A stretch of 58,299 nucleotides of DNA, counting the filler, from Basidiobolus ranarum (taxonomy: Eukaryota), in assembly GCA_040143965.1 (NCBI GenBank). It is 7 parts of 7 records of this genome, joined end to end, with 100 filler letters (N's around TTAATTAATTAA, not from the genome) between each part and the next. Parts side by side here need not be neighbours in the genome. Positions count along the whole stretch, not along the records: positions 8,362 to 16,617 come from JASJQH010000993.1; positions 16,718 to 24,970 come from JASJQH010000994.1; positions 25,071 to 33,310 come from JASJQH010000996.1; 4 more parts are not named here. One strand, written 5' to 3'. The translations under genes and the position numbers were made by a program. The notes under the pieces were generated by a model that saw nothing but the letters and a program-made list of their open reading frames with translations, was not told where the DNA came from and made no database searches. Shown piece after piece: positions 12,016 through 25,971 of the stretch; the first letter of the stretch is position 1, and the number at the start of each line of letters is the position of its first letter.

Positions 12016-15000
12016 CTAAAAGCATAAAAATTTGCTCTTCCTCCGAGCTTCAACAAGCAATTCCTCAATTCTTGCTTCCAACATAGTGTTGCGTTGAGCA
12101 AGGCTATCTCCCTTGGCGCGCTCTTGTTCTAATTCTTTACGAGCGTTATCGACCTTATTTTTCAACTCTTCGATTGATCTACCCAATTTTTCATTCTTGG
12201 CAACGTGATCTCCAACGTTTTTGCGTAAATCATTCACGATGTTTTTAAGCTCATTTTGACGGGCCTCACTGTCGGATAGAGTAGCCTCTAATGATCCAAT
12301 GGTCTTCACATGACTCTCCAAGTCTTTCTCCAAACTGACTACCTTGGAGCGAAGGGTCAGTGCCTCGCTTCTATCTTGGACGGCTAGGGGAGATTGAGCG
12401 CGTGAAGGCGTTGGAGATGGTGGGGTTGAAGAAGGGGTTACGAGCTCGCTTTGAACTATATCAGCAACCAATATTGGTGGAGGAATGGATGGGGGAGGGA
12501 CCGGGGGAGGAGGAACAGTAGTGGAGTTACTATTTCTGCTAGTATGTTCTGGACTCGAACGATCTTGACTTCCCTTTAATTCAGTGTTAATTTCTTGAAT
12601 CTTGCGCTCAAGTTCGCCTATCTTTTCATCTTGTTTCCTGATTAACTTGGTCTGTTGCTCGATGATGCCTTCATTCTCTAAAAGTTTAGTACGAAGAGTA
12701 ACAACCACTTGATCGGTATTACCACCGGTTTGTTCAATGGTCGTCTCTGAAGATAAGGACCGAGGGGAGGGTGTAGGTGGGTTGGTTAAAGCTGCTATGG
12801 CTGGATTCTCAAGATGCATATCAAAATGATCCTTGGTGTCTTTAACGTCATTAGCTAGTTTTGAATTAGCTTGAGAAAGACTAGTCACTTCAGCTTCAAG
12901 CTCAGCAATATTTTGGCTGTATTTCATGTTGCCAGCACCTAGTTCTTTGTTTTCCTTTTCCAGTTGATTGATAAGATCAGTCAAATTTCTTACATCTTCG
13001 CTAAGCTTGAAGTAGTTATTGGTTTGCTCATCCGTAAGTGACAAACGTTGGTGAAGAGCCTGGTTAGTTAAGTTTAGCTCCTCAATTTGGGCTACCAAAA
13101 TATTAACTTCCTCTTCGCTAACACCGCCTTCGGGCTTGTGTTCTTTGAACTGGATGATCTGCTCAGCAAGATCACGGTTTTTCTGATCAAGTTCCTCGAT
13201 ATATTGCTCCATCGTCTTAATATCATCAGTGTAAGCCTTATTATTTTGCTCAAGAGTTTTTTGAATGCCTTCTAGTTCTACTATACGGTCATTCAAAGAA
13301 CTCTTATTCAGCTCAACTTGTTCAACTTTGACATGTCTGCTTAAATCCTCCTCGAGCTCTTTCTTAGAACTCTCAAGCTCAGCGATGGCTTGGATGTAGC
13401 TGTTTCTTTCAACATCAGCTGAAGTAACAAGGGCTTCCAAAGACTTGACTCGAGCCTTCAGGTCTTCAACCTGCTCAGAGCTATTGCTTCTCATTTGTTC
13501 GAGTTCAAGTTGCATTTGAAGCTTCAATTCTTCATTTGTCTTTTCAAGAGCTTCAATGGAGTGTCGGTATTCTTCGTTTTGTTTGTTAAGAGACGCAACC
13601 GTACTCTCTAATGTTTGAATTTGAATAATAAATTCTGATCCTTGATTATCGGTAAGAGTTTGCACCTCTTTAAGTTTAGTCAAATCCTTTTCTAGTGAGA
13701 GTTTGGCTTCTTCGACTAGGGATTTTTCATTCCCTAAAACTGCAATCATACTCTCTAGGCTGGTGATTTTTTGCTTGTACATTTGGTGCTCTTCCTGTGA
13801 GGGATCATCAGTCTCAGGTTGATTCGAATTTTTGCCTGTGCTTAGCGCTTCGATCATATTATTCAATTCGATTTTTTCTTTTTGAAGGGAATCGATTACC
13901 TCCTTGAGATTAGACACTTCGCTCTCCAAGTTTTCAACATTTGAATGGGCGTCTATGCCACGAGTGCCTTGAGTCAGAGCTAAAGTTCCCTCCAATTCCT
14001 CAAGTTGCCTTGCATAATCCTGATTACGAGATTCAGCCACTTGAAGCTCCTTATAGGCTTTATCCAACTCCTCCGAATGACCGAGATTTACTTGCGCAAG
14101 ACGTTCTTGTTGAGCATCAGATAAATTTTTCTCCAGAGATTCAATACGATTTTTCGACTCTTCTAGCTCAATGAGTAAAGATTCAGCTAGACGAGCGCTC
14201 TCTTGTGCCTGTCGAATGGACTGGGAAAGCTTCTCTTCAAGCTCATTAACAGTTTCCAGATGAGTTTTTTCCGCCAACTCTGACTGTTCCAGTTGGATTT
14301 TAAGCTCTTCAATCATCTCCAAATACTCCTCTACTCCCCTAGTACCTTCCGAATGAATAATCTTAGTATCGGCTATACGGTGCTGCAACTCTTCGATGTG
14401 TTGAACAGCATCAGAGTACTCATGCTCTAAATCGTTTAACTGAGCCTTTAACTCTGCGATAGTGATTTCATTGAGTTCATTCTCGGATTGGGCTGATTTG
14501 AGTTTGGTGAGACTAAGTCGAACATTGACTTCAGCATTTTCAGCAGTATAACGAGCATCTTGGAGTTGATTCTCCAAAGTCTCGATATACTTTTCATACT
14601 CTTCGATGATAGGCTCTACATCTTTCTGGAAATCTTCGGATGCCTCTTTTTCACGAGCTATCCGCTTCTTGAGCTGTTGATGTTCTGCACGTAATTTGGC
14701 CAGATCGAAACAAGCTTGATTATAATGCTGTAACAAACTATTGTAGTTGTTATCCACTTGTAGAAGATCTTGTTCCAGTGTTTCTGTACGAATTTTAAGG
14801 GCGGCAATGACATTATCTTGTTCCGGAGAAGATGGGGAAATCTCTAATAAACGATATAAAAAATGAGGTTGATTTCAATTTGAAAGTGGATATCCAGTTC
14901 ACTAAATATTACCATCTGAAGTACGACTCTCCCCTTTAATCGATCTGAGCTCGGATTTGAGTTTTTTAACTAGGTTTCGTAGATAGTCAACATCTCCTGA

Positions 15001-16556
15001 GAGCTCAGAGTTTAGAACAACTTGGTTCTTAATGTTTCTCGCACGATTGGCATACTGAAGGGTATTCTATATAAATATGCATATGGTCAGCCGATATGAA
15101 AGTCAAGATACTACGAGGGCTAATGTAATTACAAGGGTCTCGTTAAGGTTGGACTCTACTGGAGAAACACAAGCTATCATAAGGGTATAGCTGTTGCCAC
15201 CGAGGGAATCCTGAAGCAGTCTAGTAAGCTTCGAATCTAAAAGCGGAAATCCAATCATAGTAAGCTACAGTACTGCATCATTGAATAGGGTGATGATACT
15301 TACCTCTATAGGGAACATGTCCATTTTTCTTGGACTGATCACCAAGTGCAGAGATAACGTTTCCTAACGCTAATAATCCAGCATTGATACTAATTCCCTC
15401 CTTAGCACGTTCTCCAATAGCATTGGTTCGTTTTAACTGCAATAAAAAATATTCAGTATAAATCAACCAGTGAAAAGAGATAGAGAAAGAACTCATTAAA
15501 GTATATACATACTCTTTCTGATCCAGCCAAATCGACAAAATGAAACTTGGAATTTAATATCATCTTGTCACCTTCATTTAATGAAGAGCTTCTCTTGCTA
15601 AATGTTGGTGAGGTTGGGGTTGATGGATCCATCATACTAGAGTCTATGATTTTTTCTTGGCGTAAACTGATGGAAAAGATTGCGTGGGAACGAGAAGATT
15701 TCTCATTCATCTCTGTAGCGCCTGTCTGTCGGGCAAGAGAACCACATTCAAGGTAGCTAAAATTTCAGGAGTCAGCCCATTGCTAAAAGTTTCAATCTTA
15801 ATAGGAAATAAATTACTTCAGAACATCGTCTGGAGAGTGGACCACCGCCTCTCTAACCCCGGTCCAGTATATATTCCCACGAGGATCTTCACGGATACTA
15901 ATCTGTGAGCGCATACCTTCATATGCAGCCAATAGATCGATTAACTCTTCATTGTAAATCTCCAAGTAAGAGACACGGACTTGGAAGCTTCCTGGCGAAT
16001 TGTTTAAAACGTCAAAGAGAGTCTTCACTGCACGTGGGATGATTCCTGATTTTATAAATAATTGGGATCAATCTCAAATTCATGAAACTTCAAATGAAAA
16101 GGTCTCTGCAAACCTTGGGCCTCAAAAGCAGTATGCTTGCGAGAACCAGTTCCCATAGTAAACGTTTTTCCGGAAGATGTTTGACCCTAGATATTGTTCA
16201 TTGAATACCAAAGAAATAATAAAACACCAAGTAGTGTATAACACTTACATAAGCTAAGATAGTGGCATTGAACCCTGAAAGAAAAGAATATTCTCGAGTT
16301 AGTATCAGATATATCTAACATATGCAATTTTGGTTTTGAATAATACCCTGTGTGAACTTGTCCATAAGTTGCAAGACACTTTGCGAATAAATATCACTTT
16401 GTCCGGCATCCGGGCCGAAAACATGATCATAAGTGAACTGACGGTTATGAGGAATAACACTAACGATAGGAGCTTCCGGCGTGTAAGCTAATACTTCAGT
16501 ATTCCCACGAGCACCTTTAAGGCGTTCATTAGGTTGAATAGGTCTAACACGGACAG
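12016..16556 (-). CDS. Kinesin-4/KIF4-KIF21-like motor protein with long coiled-coil tail (5' end cut by contig edge)
   Basis: Motor motifs across exons: [18 protein letters not shown] (P-loop), [58 protein letters not shown]. Followed by a ~900-aa heptad-rich tail ending RRKSKFLCF. Confidence 0.92.
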
Positions 16557-16617
16557 CTATTGAAGCGACGAGGTTAGCTAGTGTCGTGAATGGTTTTATA
16601 TAATACACGAGATGCAG

Positions 16618-16717
16618 NNNNNNNNNNNNNNNNNNNNNNNNNNNNNNNNNNNNNNNNNNNNTTAATTAATTAANNNNNNNNNNNNNNNNNNNNNNNNNNN
16701 NNNNNNNNNNNNNNNNN
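16618..16717. other. Artificial contig spacer
   Basis: N44-TTAATTAATTAA-N44. Confidence 0.98.
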
Positions 16718-16893
16718 TGACATGCTACGAGTCGCTCAGTTCGAATAAATCGAGTTTTAGGATCGACTTCCTGACTTAAAACGTCAACGCTAATAACATG
16801 TGGGGCGTTCTCGTTGGGATATTTTTGCCACCATCCAGCAGAGACTTGTTCCCAGTTGTGAGTAAATAGATGTGAAGTCTGACAAAATTTCAT
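16718..16893 (-). CDS. UPS2: PRELI/Ups2 (MSF1) mitochondrial lipid transfer protein, N-terminal part (3' end cut by contig edge)
   Basis: MKFCQTSHLFTHNWEQVSAGWWQKYPNENAPHVISVDVLSQEVD...IRTERL matches the PRELI family KYPN...HV..VDVL...TERL pattern. Confidence 0.88.
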
Positions 16894-18207
16894 TGTCTGC
16901 AAAGTCAAGTAAAGAAAAGAGGAGAAATTACTATGGTACAAAGAGACTTCACAGTTGAAGAGTTAACTCTGATCGACTAGACAGAGATGATGAGCTTATA
17001 TAGAGACGTCCAGGGGATTGCCAACCCTTACCCTTCCATTTCCATTTGTATCCATCCCATACATATCCGCTGAAACCAAGAAAAAGTTTCGGGATCGCAA
17101 TACCGGTTTGATCCAATGATGATCCGCAGCGTTCATCATTGAATCATTACTATGTGACATATATTGGCATAACGTGTATTGTAGACGATTTATCATTATC
17201 ACAGGAAACCAGCAACTGGTTCGGTTCAATTACGAGAACTCCCCCACCAATTATCAATCCCTTCACCCATTGGGGGCAAGTACACACAGTCCCCATCTAT
17301 AGAGTGAGTAATATAAATAGCTTGATTTTCATTCGCACAAGATTTGTGCTACCAACTCAATAGTTGTCCTTTTTTGTCAATACTCCAACCAGTCCAACTC
17401 ACTGACCACACCAAATAATAGCGTAACTACCGAGTAGCGTCAGTGGGTCATGTTGACCAAAAGCAAATGAGCGATTTGCCTCAATTCACATGATATCAAA
17501 GGGTTGCTTTTCATTAGCACATCGGCTGTTTTCAATTAATGGTGACAAATCGAACAATGCTTGCGGCATCCATGATCTAAGCTTAACTCATCGACTAGAC
17601 AAACTGCGAAGGTTACATAAGTATGACATAACTATGGATATGTTTAAATTAGCACAATTGAATTAAGCATACATAGTGCGTAGTCATCGCATTGATACAT
17701 AATTAACCCGCATTTTATGGCAATATTCATCGTACTTGTCGACTCTTCGCTAATTTTAAACTACAGAACAGCCACTGGAGGAGTTCAACTATGCCGTAAA
17801 CGCGCAGTAGAACTGGAGGTCATCACATCGTGATTTTAGGGAAATTGTAAAATCTGATGCAAGATTAGGGTTGGGTCATTGATCTTATTTATGTATGCGG
17901 TATTGTTGATTGAGGGGCCAAGGTTAATGACCCTATATATATTGATTGTCATATATGGTAAATAGAATCCAGATGGGCTCAATTGGCGGATATAGCCCTC
18001 GAGTGAGTGAGTTTATTCCTTTCTTGCATCTTGACATTGTTAGCTAAAGAATTCAAAGTAAGCTTTCATTCCTTCTATCCATGTGATCATCAGTTACAAT
18101 AAGGATGGATGACTCAGGGGACGAAATGGATGGGATTCTCCTTTTCTTCGCCTTAGTATTTCCCATTCCATTTTTAGCTTGAATACTGATTCTTTGTTAA
18201 CTGATAG

Positions 18208-18750
18208 ATGGCTGCTGAACCTATTGCTGAACCCAAAATTGAAGAAATCACCGAAGACGTTCAAGTCGAGGAGGTAGATTCTGATGTTGATGCTGGTATC
18301 ACCAACCAAAGCCGTACCGAGAAGAAAGCTCGCAAGGCCATGACCAAGCTTGGTTTAAAGCTTGTTCCTGGAATTAACCGTGTCACCTTCTGTCGTCCCC
18401 GTAATATTTTGTTTGTCATCGCTGACCCTGAGGTCTATAAGAGCAGCAGCGAGACATATGTTGTTTTCGGTGAATGCAAGATCGAAGATCTTAATGCTGC
18501 TGCCCAACAAGCCGCCGCTCAACAGCGTGCTGCTGAACAAGCTGCTCAGCAAGCTACTAACGCTGAGGAGGTTCCTGAGGCTGTTGCTGCCGAGGAAGCC
18601 GATGAAGAAGATGTTGATGAAACCGGTGTTGAAGCCAAGGATATTGAACTTGTCATTCAACAGGCCAACGTTTCCCGCGCCAAGGCCGTCAAGGCCCTTA
18701 AGGCCAACAACGGTGACATCGTCAACGCCATCATGGAACTCACCATGTAA
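18208..18750 (+). CDS. EGD2: Nascent polypeptide-associated complex subunit alpha
   Basis: [25 protein letters not shown]...ILFVI..PEVYKS..TYVVFGE.KIED NAC domain and C-terminal UBA ([21 protein letters not shown]...[11 protein letters not shown]). A likely 5'UTR intron ends immediately before the ATG. Confidence 0.97.
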   Translation: MAAEPIAEPKIEEITEDVQVEEVDSDVDAGITNQSRTEKKARKAMTKLGLKLVPGINRVTFCRPRNILFVIADPEVYKSSSETYVVFGECKIEDLNAAAQQAAAQQRAAEQAAQQATNAEEVPEAVAAEEADEEDVDETGVEAKDIELVIQQANVSRAKAVKALKANNGDIVNAIMELTM

Positions 18751-19161
18751 ACAGTTTCAGGGTTTTCTTCTGCACATAACGTTTCTTTCTCCCAACAAAA
18801 TGAATGATCTTTTCGTTGAAGTGGATTTATTCGCATCAATGGGATTAATAAAAATCATCAAATCAGATAGAAATTATAACTCGTTTTCTTTCTCAATACA
18901 TCGAATACTTTGGAAGGGTAAATACAACGCAATAGTTAAGACCCTGATTAATCACCAATGAAATTTATGCCGAACCAGAAAGAAATCCGTAGAATGGCCG
19001 TTTTCTCTAGCCATCAAAAATTGATGATGATGACCAATAGAATCATAACATCGTATCGAATATCAAACATCCTAGAACTGAGGAACAACCAGAGTGTCTA
19101 ATAATAATGTATAAAGTCAGTTGGGCATAAAGGGCTTACTAAATACTTCCCCCAAACCACC

Positions 19162-20205
19162 ATGAGTATCGTTATTCTTTTTGTTGCCAGTGAAAGCTCT
19201 AATTCCGAGCGTCGTTTTGATAAAGGCCTCGCTATTTCTCAGCTTAAAGTATTTACTTTCTTATGACATGGTTTCTTGCTTAATACTAAGCTTTGTTTTG
19301 CAATAGATCAAACTTGAGCCTATCACCGGTATTCCCGCCGAAAGCCAGCGTTTGAGCTTATATAATGGTGAAGCTTTTATCGGTTCCATGGAGGGTAATG
19401 ATGAAGTAATGTTGGGTGCTTTCCCAGTGGAGAATTTCATGACCCTCAAAGTCAGTACTTATATATGCATACACCATGACGATAAGAACACTGCGTAATC
19501 CATTCTGCTATTTTCCTTATACTTTGTACAGGTAAATGATGTCAATCCTAACCGTATCAAGAATCAATATACGGACTTATCTTTGGTCGAGAAATTTGAG
19601 TTACCACAAGAAGAATATGAAAAACGCTCAGGTTAGTTTACTTAAAGGAAAGATGAGGCTGTGATAATTTGAGTGTTTTTCAAGAGAAACTCTGCAAAGT
19701 CTACATATTTCTGAATTCTTTACCTAACTTTTAATACTAATTTGTTTTCCGGCGGTTCTTGAAGATTCCGTTCTTGCATTCAAGCAACGCAACAAACTTG
19801 GTCGGTTTTCCGACTCTCGATCTGCTTCGGAGGCTGATGCTAATGAAATGTATGCTGAGATTGCTCAAGATATTAAAACCGGTGACCGATGCGAGGTAGA
19901 TATTGGTAGTGGCGAATTAAAACGCCGAGGTACCGTACGCTTTGTTGGTAAGTGAAATCATTCATTTTATCATCTATCAAATTTCAAGTTATCTAAAATA
20001 TCCTAAAGGTGAAACTAAGTTCAAGCCTGGAGTTTGGGTTGGCGTACAATACGATGAACCACTCGGTAAGAATGATGGAAGTGTAGAAGGTGAACGGTAT
20101 TTCGAGTGCCCATCGAATTACGGTGCCTTTGTAAGACCTAACAAAATAGTCGTTGGTGATTTCCCAGAGGAAGACTTTGATATGAGCGATCTAGAAGAGA
20201 TGTAA
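19162..20205 (+). CDS. ALF1: Tubulin-folding cofactor B (Ubl + CAP-Gly), multi-exon
   Basis: N-terminal [25 protein letters not shown] Ubl domain; VEKFEL..EEYEKR; CAP-Gly [25 protein letters not shown]; acidic end DFPEEDF...EEM. Confidence 0.93.
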
Positions 20206-20440
20206 GGTGTGTTTGTGCAAAGATCTAACGGTGACGATGAGCTCCTATTCAATGCTTTTAAATAAATACCACTTCATGTTGATATTGTCATAAGAAAAAA
20301 AGGCTAGATCATCACTTTGATAATTTTATTAAAGAAAGGGAGGTATTGCTTGCCGATTCTAAATTATAAAAGAGGGTATAGATGAGAATGTTGGATGGTT
20401 GTTTTGGTAAAGTTCATATTCTGCTTGAATAATAATGTTC

Positions 20441-21408
20441 TCAGAATTTGAAGATCTGATCCTCTAATTTGGATACAGCTCTAGGTCTCTCAAAGCCTAG
20501 CTCAACACAGTAACCGCTCATAGCTTTGACCATAGGTGGCGGGCCACAGAGAAGCATCTTGGTGGTGGGGCTGGGGCCAGGACACCATTCTTTTATCATT
20601 TCTTTCGTAACAAACCCAACACCACCTGTCCAACCTTCAGGAGGAGTATTCAAGACATAGTGTAGGTTGAAGTTATCATGATTTTTAGAAAGCGCATTCA
20701 ATTCATCCTTGAGTAAGATATCTTCTTGGTTTACGTTGGCAAAGATGAGATTGATTTGTGTGTTATCTTTGGGGTTTTTGAGGATAGCTTTGATAATTTG
20801 ATACATTGGAGTGATACCAGTTCCACCTGCAATCATACCAAGTGATTTAATCATACCCGGTGTATAGGTAAAATTGCCTTTAGGTCCGCGGACGTTCAGC
20901 TTATCTCCGAGTTTAAGATCAGCAAAAACACGAGAGAGGTTTCCGTTGGGATAGGTTTTGATAAGGAGATCAAAGTGACCCACATAATCATCAGAGCTGG
21001 TGGGGGTATAGCTTCTCATAACTTCCTTACCATCAACTGAGGCCATGATGGAAATGTGTTGGCCAATAGGTAATCCAAGAACATCTTGTTTATCGGGTAA
21101 ACCAAAACGATAACTAAAAAGAGGACTTAGATTGGAAGAATCAAATATTCTTTCAGTAGGATAGTTACATTGCTGTATTATGGGTAATGATCTTCTTCTC
21201 GATGAGCGGGAACTTTTGATACTTGAGTTTGTTAAGGATTGGCTCTATTTATAGAAAGAATTAAGTGTGTCAATACTCTACACTTCAAATGCATATAAAC
21301 TACTGAACGACGCATACTCTTGGATTTACTGCTGAAAATGTAGGCAGTAGTACTGACAGCGATAAAGACTGCCAAAACAAAAGGCAAGTAACTTTGGAAT
21401 TCACTCAT
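20441..21408 (-). CDS. CBR1: NADH-cytochrome b5 reductase, 3 exons
   Basis: N-terminal TM anchor; [17 protein letters not shown] (FAD binding); [25 protein letters not shown]; ends DQIFKF. Confidence 0.96.
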
Positions 21409-22964
21409 AGTGATAAAGAAGTCAAGACAAACAAAAGCCGCAGAGCACCAGTTCCACTACTGCCGAAAATATAATTGAGTTTCAGGCTAGCACCACGTCT
21501 AACTAATAATAATTGATGTAGCTCCACTCCCCAAAAAATCGGAAGAGTAGCCATGAAATCGAGTCATTTACAACATATTTAATAAATACTGGTTGATTCT
21601 TGCATAGACTAGGCTAGATGACTATAAATCAAGCATGGTAAAGGCCTAGGTTTATCTCGTGAGTACAAATTCAGCATGTTCCAAGATATTGCGATCCAGT
21701 TGCCTGTTACCTTACAAATTGACTGCTTTCTACCACTAGATATCTAGATTGGATTTTGTAGGAGAGTCTGATGGCAATCTCTGGAGGGATTTGCACTTAA
21801 CATCACTCGGCTAATGGATAACTTCATATGAATGGAGCCAAGTGAGTTACTGCTAATTGTGACAGCAGCCTGGAGTGGGTGAATATAGCTTTAGTGTATT
21901 GAACCATCTTGCGCTATAGATCCCTTGATGCTAGATACACGTTTCTACTGTTAACTGGAAAGAACGAGCAGAAAATTGCACCACTTGTATGATACAAATG
22001 GGCTTTGTGAAGTGGGCTAATGAGATAATTTACTTCTCAAGGACAAACTACTCGTGTCTGTAGTTATATAATAGTTTACCATTATTCACTTGCGATCCGA
22101 TGGTTGTACATAACATCCAAGCCAAAGCAGAAGAGAGTTTCTAAATCCAAACTGTTGGCTACTTGCTTTTTATCGTTGGTTGTTTTGTCTAATCAGATAT
22201 CAATCTGGGATAGGATATACAAATGGTGTCACAACAAGCAAAATGTCGGTGTAACACATCCTACCTAAGAGATAGCTGAGGTAGAAGCTTCTCTTGTTAT
22301 AGAGTTCATAATTATTTGGAGTTAAGAGATTGAACAAAATCTATGGTTACACTAGACCAGGGTTTCCAAGTCACAAACGTGGGTAATCAATGATCCTAGC
22401 TGGGCCAAACTGGGTATAACATTGAGTACATGGAGTCATAAATTCAACAGTTGAACAACGCTTCTGCTGATTCTTAAATTTGTAGTTACTACTATGCTCG
22501 GACTGCTGGAGCACATGACAAGAATTCATAGGCTTATACTTTCATGGACAAAAGGTGAGGTGTATCTGTTGATCTACACCCAAGCCTGTACCACCCGCAA
22601 ATTTACTGCTCGTGTTCTATACCTTCCTGTTCCTCTTCGGAGAAATGTAAATACAACAACAACAATGTATAAATAAGTTTCAATCATCTTTCTGGGTGCT
22701 ATTCGAACTAAACCTTGATGGAAATATTCCATTTGTTGTATTGGCTTTTCTAACATCTACACACAATTCTTATAAACTTTATCCTTGGATGCTTCCTACA
22801 CACTTTAAATGAATGAACTAACTAATTGCCTAAAGGCTAGGGGTCTGATAACAGGCTGCTTTTTATGGAAGAGAAACGTCGAGGCAAAGACGACTATGCT
22901 AATTGAGCTGGATGCATACTCAAGGCAAGAGTAAAGGTACACAAATGATCAACTACATGGTGAG

Positions 22965-24970
22965 TCATGTGAACTCTGTACTGTGGGCTTTTGAATATCG
23001 TACTATTCCATTGGATACGATGGCATCTACTCCATGGGCCTCCTGAAGTTGGATGTTCTTGGGGTCTTCGTTCAAGGGTCCAAAGGATGCTAAAATCAAT
23101 CCACTCCTTTTGATACTCTGAATTAAGGAGGGCACTTGGACCTAGATAGCAACAAATAGTTAGTGCAAGATTAAATACGAGATCTATCTCAGGAGTTGCT
23201 TACAAGAGGAGTAGCCTCACACATGATTCCAAGCAAGTTGTTACGACGGCTAAATTTGACTGCTTCCTTGATTGATAGTTGACGGGCATCCTCTTCCTCC
23301 TCCTCTGCATAGTATTCAGGATCGCTATGCGACTTCTCATCTGTCTTCTCACTCTTTCGCCTCAGAGAGAATGAATCACTCTTGAAGCCACAATAGGCGC
23401 TGAAGAACACAGCATCTGGAATGAAACGAAATGAATGTTACCATGATGAAGTCGATATCTCCTCCCCTCCACAAATTCAATGGTTAACCTACAGTTTGGT
23501 TGTTTCCAGTTGATCATTCGACATATCGAAGGGTTAAACGAGGTAAAGATGATATCCCTTTGCGTTTTATCCACTGGTAAAGAAGAATCATGGATATCAT
23601 ATGTACTTGCATGTCGATATACAACTTGCAATATCGTATCGACAAAATCGTTAATGTCACTAATATGGTAAAGTTTAAAAATGTTCATCTCCGTTGAGGT
23701 CGGGTATTTAATATCGATACACAAGCCGATACCGGATGGAAGAGCCTAGAGATGAGTAATAACCATTGTGTAAGCAGTTACTCAGGAATACCGTGGGGAT
23801 TATTCTTAAGTACTTGGATACCTTGAAAGCTTCTTCTAACGTCATGAAAGAGCGGGTGACCTTCTTCACTAACTCGGAGTTGGATATGGGCCCCTTCCAA
23901 TCCATCATGTCAACACTCTGGTCGAGTTGTCCGGCGATAGATTTGAATTGCTTGTAGCTAACGTTGGATACACACATATCAAACCCTTCCACCGGTAAAT
24001 ACCAATTTGGGTATACTACTGGAACCATATCACGAGTGACCTGTACGACTAGCTGAACGTATTCATCCGCCAGAGAAGAGGCTGTGATCAGTGATAAGTT
24101 AGGATTGTTAACATCGCCCAGTATACTGTCCGAGATTGCCGGGGAAGGCTTGGCAGTGCTGGTTGATTTCCAATAGGTTTCAATGCGTCCGCCAATCTCA
24201 AGTTTGACGTCTTGAAAAGGTTTGATCACCAGAAACTCGAACGCTAACTCACCTACAACCTTCAGATAGGTGTCGAGGAAAGGACATATTACGATTCCAC
24301 CAGATCCACTTGAGCAGTGCTTGGAGAAGCGACTTTCGTATGCATGGTGGAAAGTGGATGGGAGACATACGGCCTTGCCTATAACCTTCGAGCCAAATGT
24401 TGGAAATATCATGAAATCCACAGAAAACCCACTCAACGACTCAACTTGAAAGGTAAAAGACTCTCGCTTGTCATCTAATGGTAAGATCACGCTATGGGGA
24501 ATCATCCCAGTATCTGGCTTGGGTGAAATCACTAATTTGAGCGAAGAAAGGCGCGAATTGCCATATAATCGAACCGGAGGCCGAGGATTCTTCATGGATA
24601 AATGCCCTAATGTCATGTGTATCTGATATTTTTTATCCAAGTAGTTATGTCCGTATATTCTGAATGGAATGATAGGCGGAGGAAGTTCAAGAGATGGAAT
24701 TGCATCAAGGTCGTCATTTTCATCTTCGGAATTCTCCGGAATAGGCGCGCTGGACGTAATCTCATCCAGTGTCTCTACTGTAACGTCAGTAGGAACACCT
24801 GCCTCAAGTAGCATCTTCACGCACTTGGCATGACCTTCGATTGCGCCGTAATAGATGGGAGTCGCACCAGAATCATCTCTCGTATTTATGCTGCACCCTG
24901 CCTCTAGCAGAATCCGAACACACTCGACATGCCCTTCACTTGTAGCATAGAAGATCGGGGTCCAGCCATG
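22965..24970 (-). CDS. PHO81: Pho81/NUC-2-like ankyrin + degenerate GDPD protein, C-terminal part (5' end cut by contig edge)
   Basis: Ankyrin repeats (GWTPIFYATSEGH, GATPIYYGAIEGH); NUC-2-type LELPPPIIPFRIYGHNYLD; GDPD-like fold lacking the catalytic HR motif (EYVQLVVQVTRDMVPVV; IFTSFNPSIC..INWKQPN). Confidence 0.82.
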
Positions 24971-25070
24971 NNNNNNNNNNNNNNNNNNNNNNNNNNNNNN
25001 NNNNNNNNNNNNNNTTAATTAATTAANNNNNNNNNNNNNNNNNNNNNNNNNNNNNNNNNNNNNNNNNNNN
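24971..25070. other. Artificial contig spacer
   Basis: N44-TTAATTAATTAA-N44. Confidence 0.98.
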
Positions 25071-25671
25071 CAACACAGAAACAACAACTTCCAAGACACG
25101 GACTCAACAACCTAAATGAGATAACATGCAAGTACTGTACACTCAAATTTAGCCACTCCCGACAAGAGCAAAACAGTATGAAGCTCTATTTTCTACGAGA
25201 AAGACCTTGTGTATTTTACTTCTTGCTGATAAGCCAACCCGTACAACATTCTAGTGACAATTACACCTTTGATAAAATGTGATTTAACTTTATTCTTGGT
25301 TATACGGGAAAATTTAAGAGCAGATTCTTGTGCTGGTTGACAACAGGTAAACATGAATCAAATGGTTGGATGGTACCAAAGTTTACTAAATACAAGGCGG
25401 AAAGAAAAAAATCGTATTTATATGAAGGCTCGATAATAATGTAGGAGTGTATGTATAGTCGCATGTTGATATTTAGGGGGCAAAATGCGCGTGAACAGAA
25501 CGTTAAATGCTCGTCAGCGACAAGGCATCATAACTTGGAGTTAGGAAAAGCGAGGGCAGAAAAAATCTTACAGTATCTTGGCTTGGATGCGTAATGCGTC
25601 AGTATTATCGTCATCAATATAGATATCCAATATCTAATTAATAGCAATTGTGACCGCGTTGCGTAATATGC

Positions 25672-25971
25672 TTAATTTTCGGCCCGATCGAATATAAAGT
25701 AACCTGCGGCTCCACTAGTAAATCCACTTCCGCACATTGCAATTGCGAGACCAGCATTAGAATCTTTGTTGGACTTAGATCTGCTTGTGCCACGGCGATG
25801 GCGTGAAGGCCGAGTAGCAACTGAAATTTCTTTAGCATGTCCAACATCAGCTAAAGGGAAATGGAGCGACTTGGTATGCTCCATGATGTAACCTCCATTC
25901 TCTGCAATGTTTATTCTCTTGGGAATGACTGGAGTAGAAGTAAGGATATTGTGGATAAGCCAGCTAGTCAT
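25672..25971 (-). CDS. Small hypothetical protein (~99 aa) with C-terminal Gly-rich motif AMCGSGFTSGAAGYF
   Basis: ATG at 25971 in an AACACTATG context; TATA box (CTATAAAAAG on - strand) at ~26062-26071; intronless ORF. Confidence 0.55.
   Translation of the reverse strand: MTSWLIHNILTSTPVIPKRINIAENGGYIMEHTKSLHFPLADVGHAKEISVATRPSRHRRGTSRSKSNKDSNAGLAIAMCGSGFTSGAAGYFIFDRAEN

Noticed and set aside
18058-18207. Hammerhead-like GATGA…GAAA in the NAC-alpha 5'UTR intron
   Set aside because: It lacks the CUGANGA core and supporting helices.
18362-18961. 199-aa ORF overlapping NAC-alpha, and antisense ORFs at 18355-18660
   Set aside because: Alternative-frame shadows of a highly biased, conserved coding sequence; no recognisable motifs.
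19632-19765. Possible intronic C/D snoRNA in the TBCB intron (GTGATAA…CTGA)
   Set aside because: C box is imperfect and no rRNA-complementary guide could be recognised.
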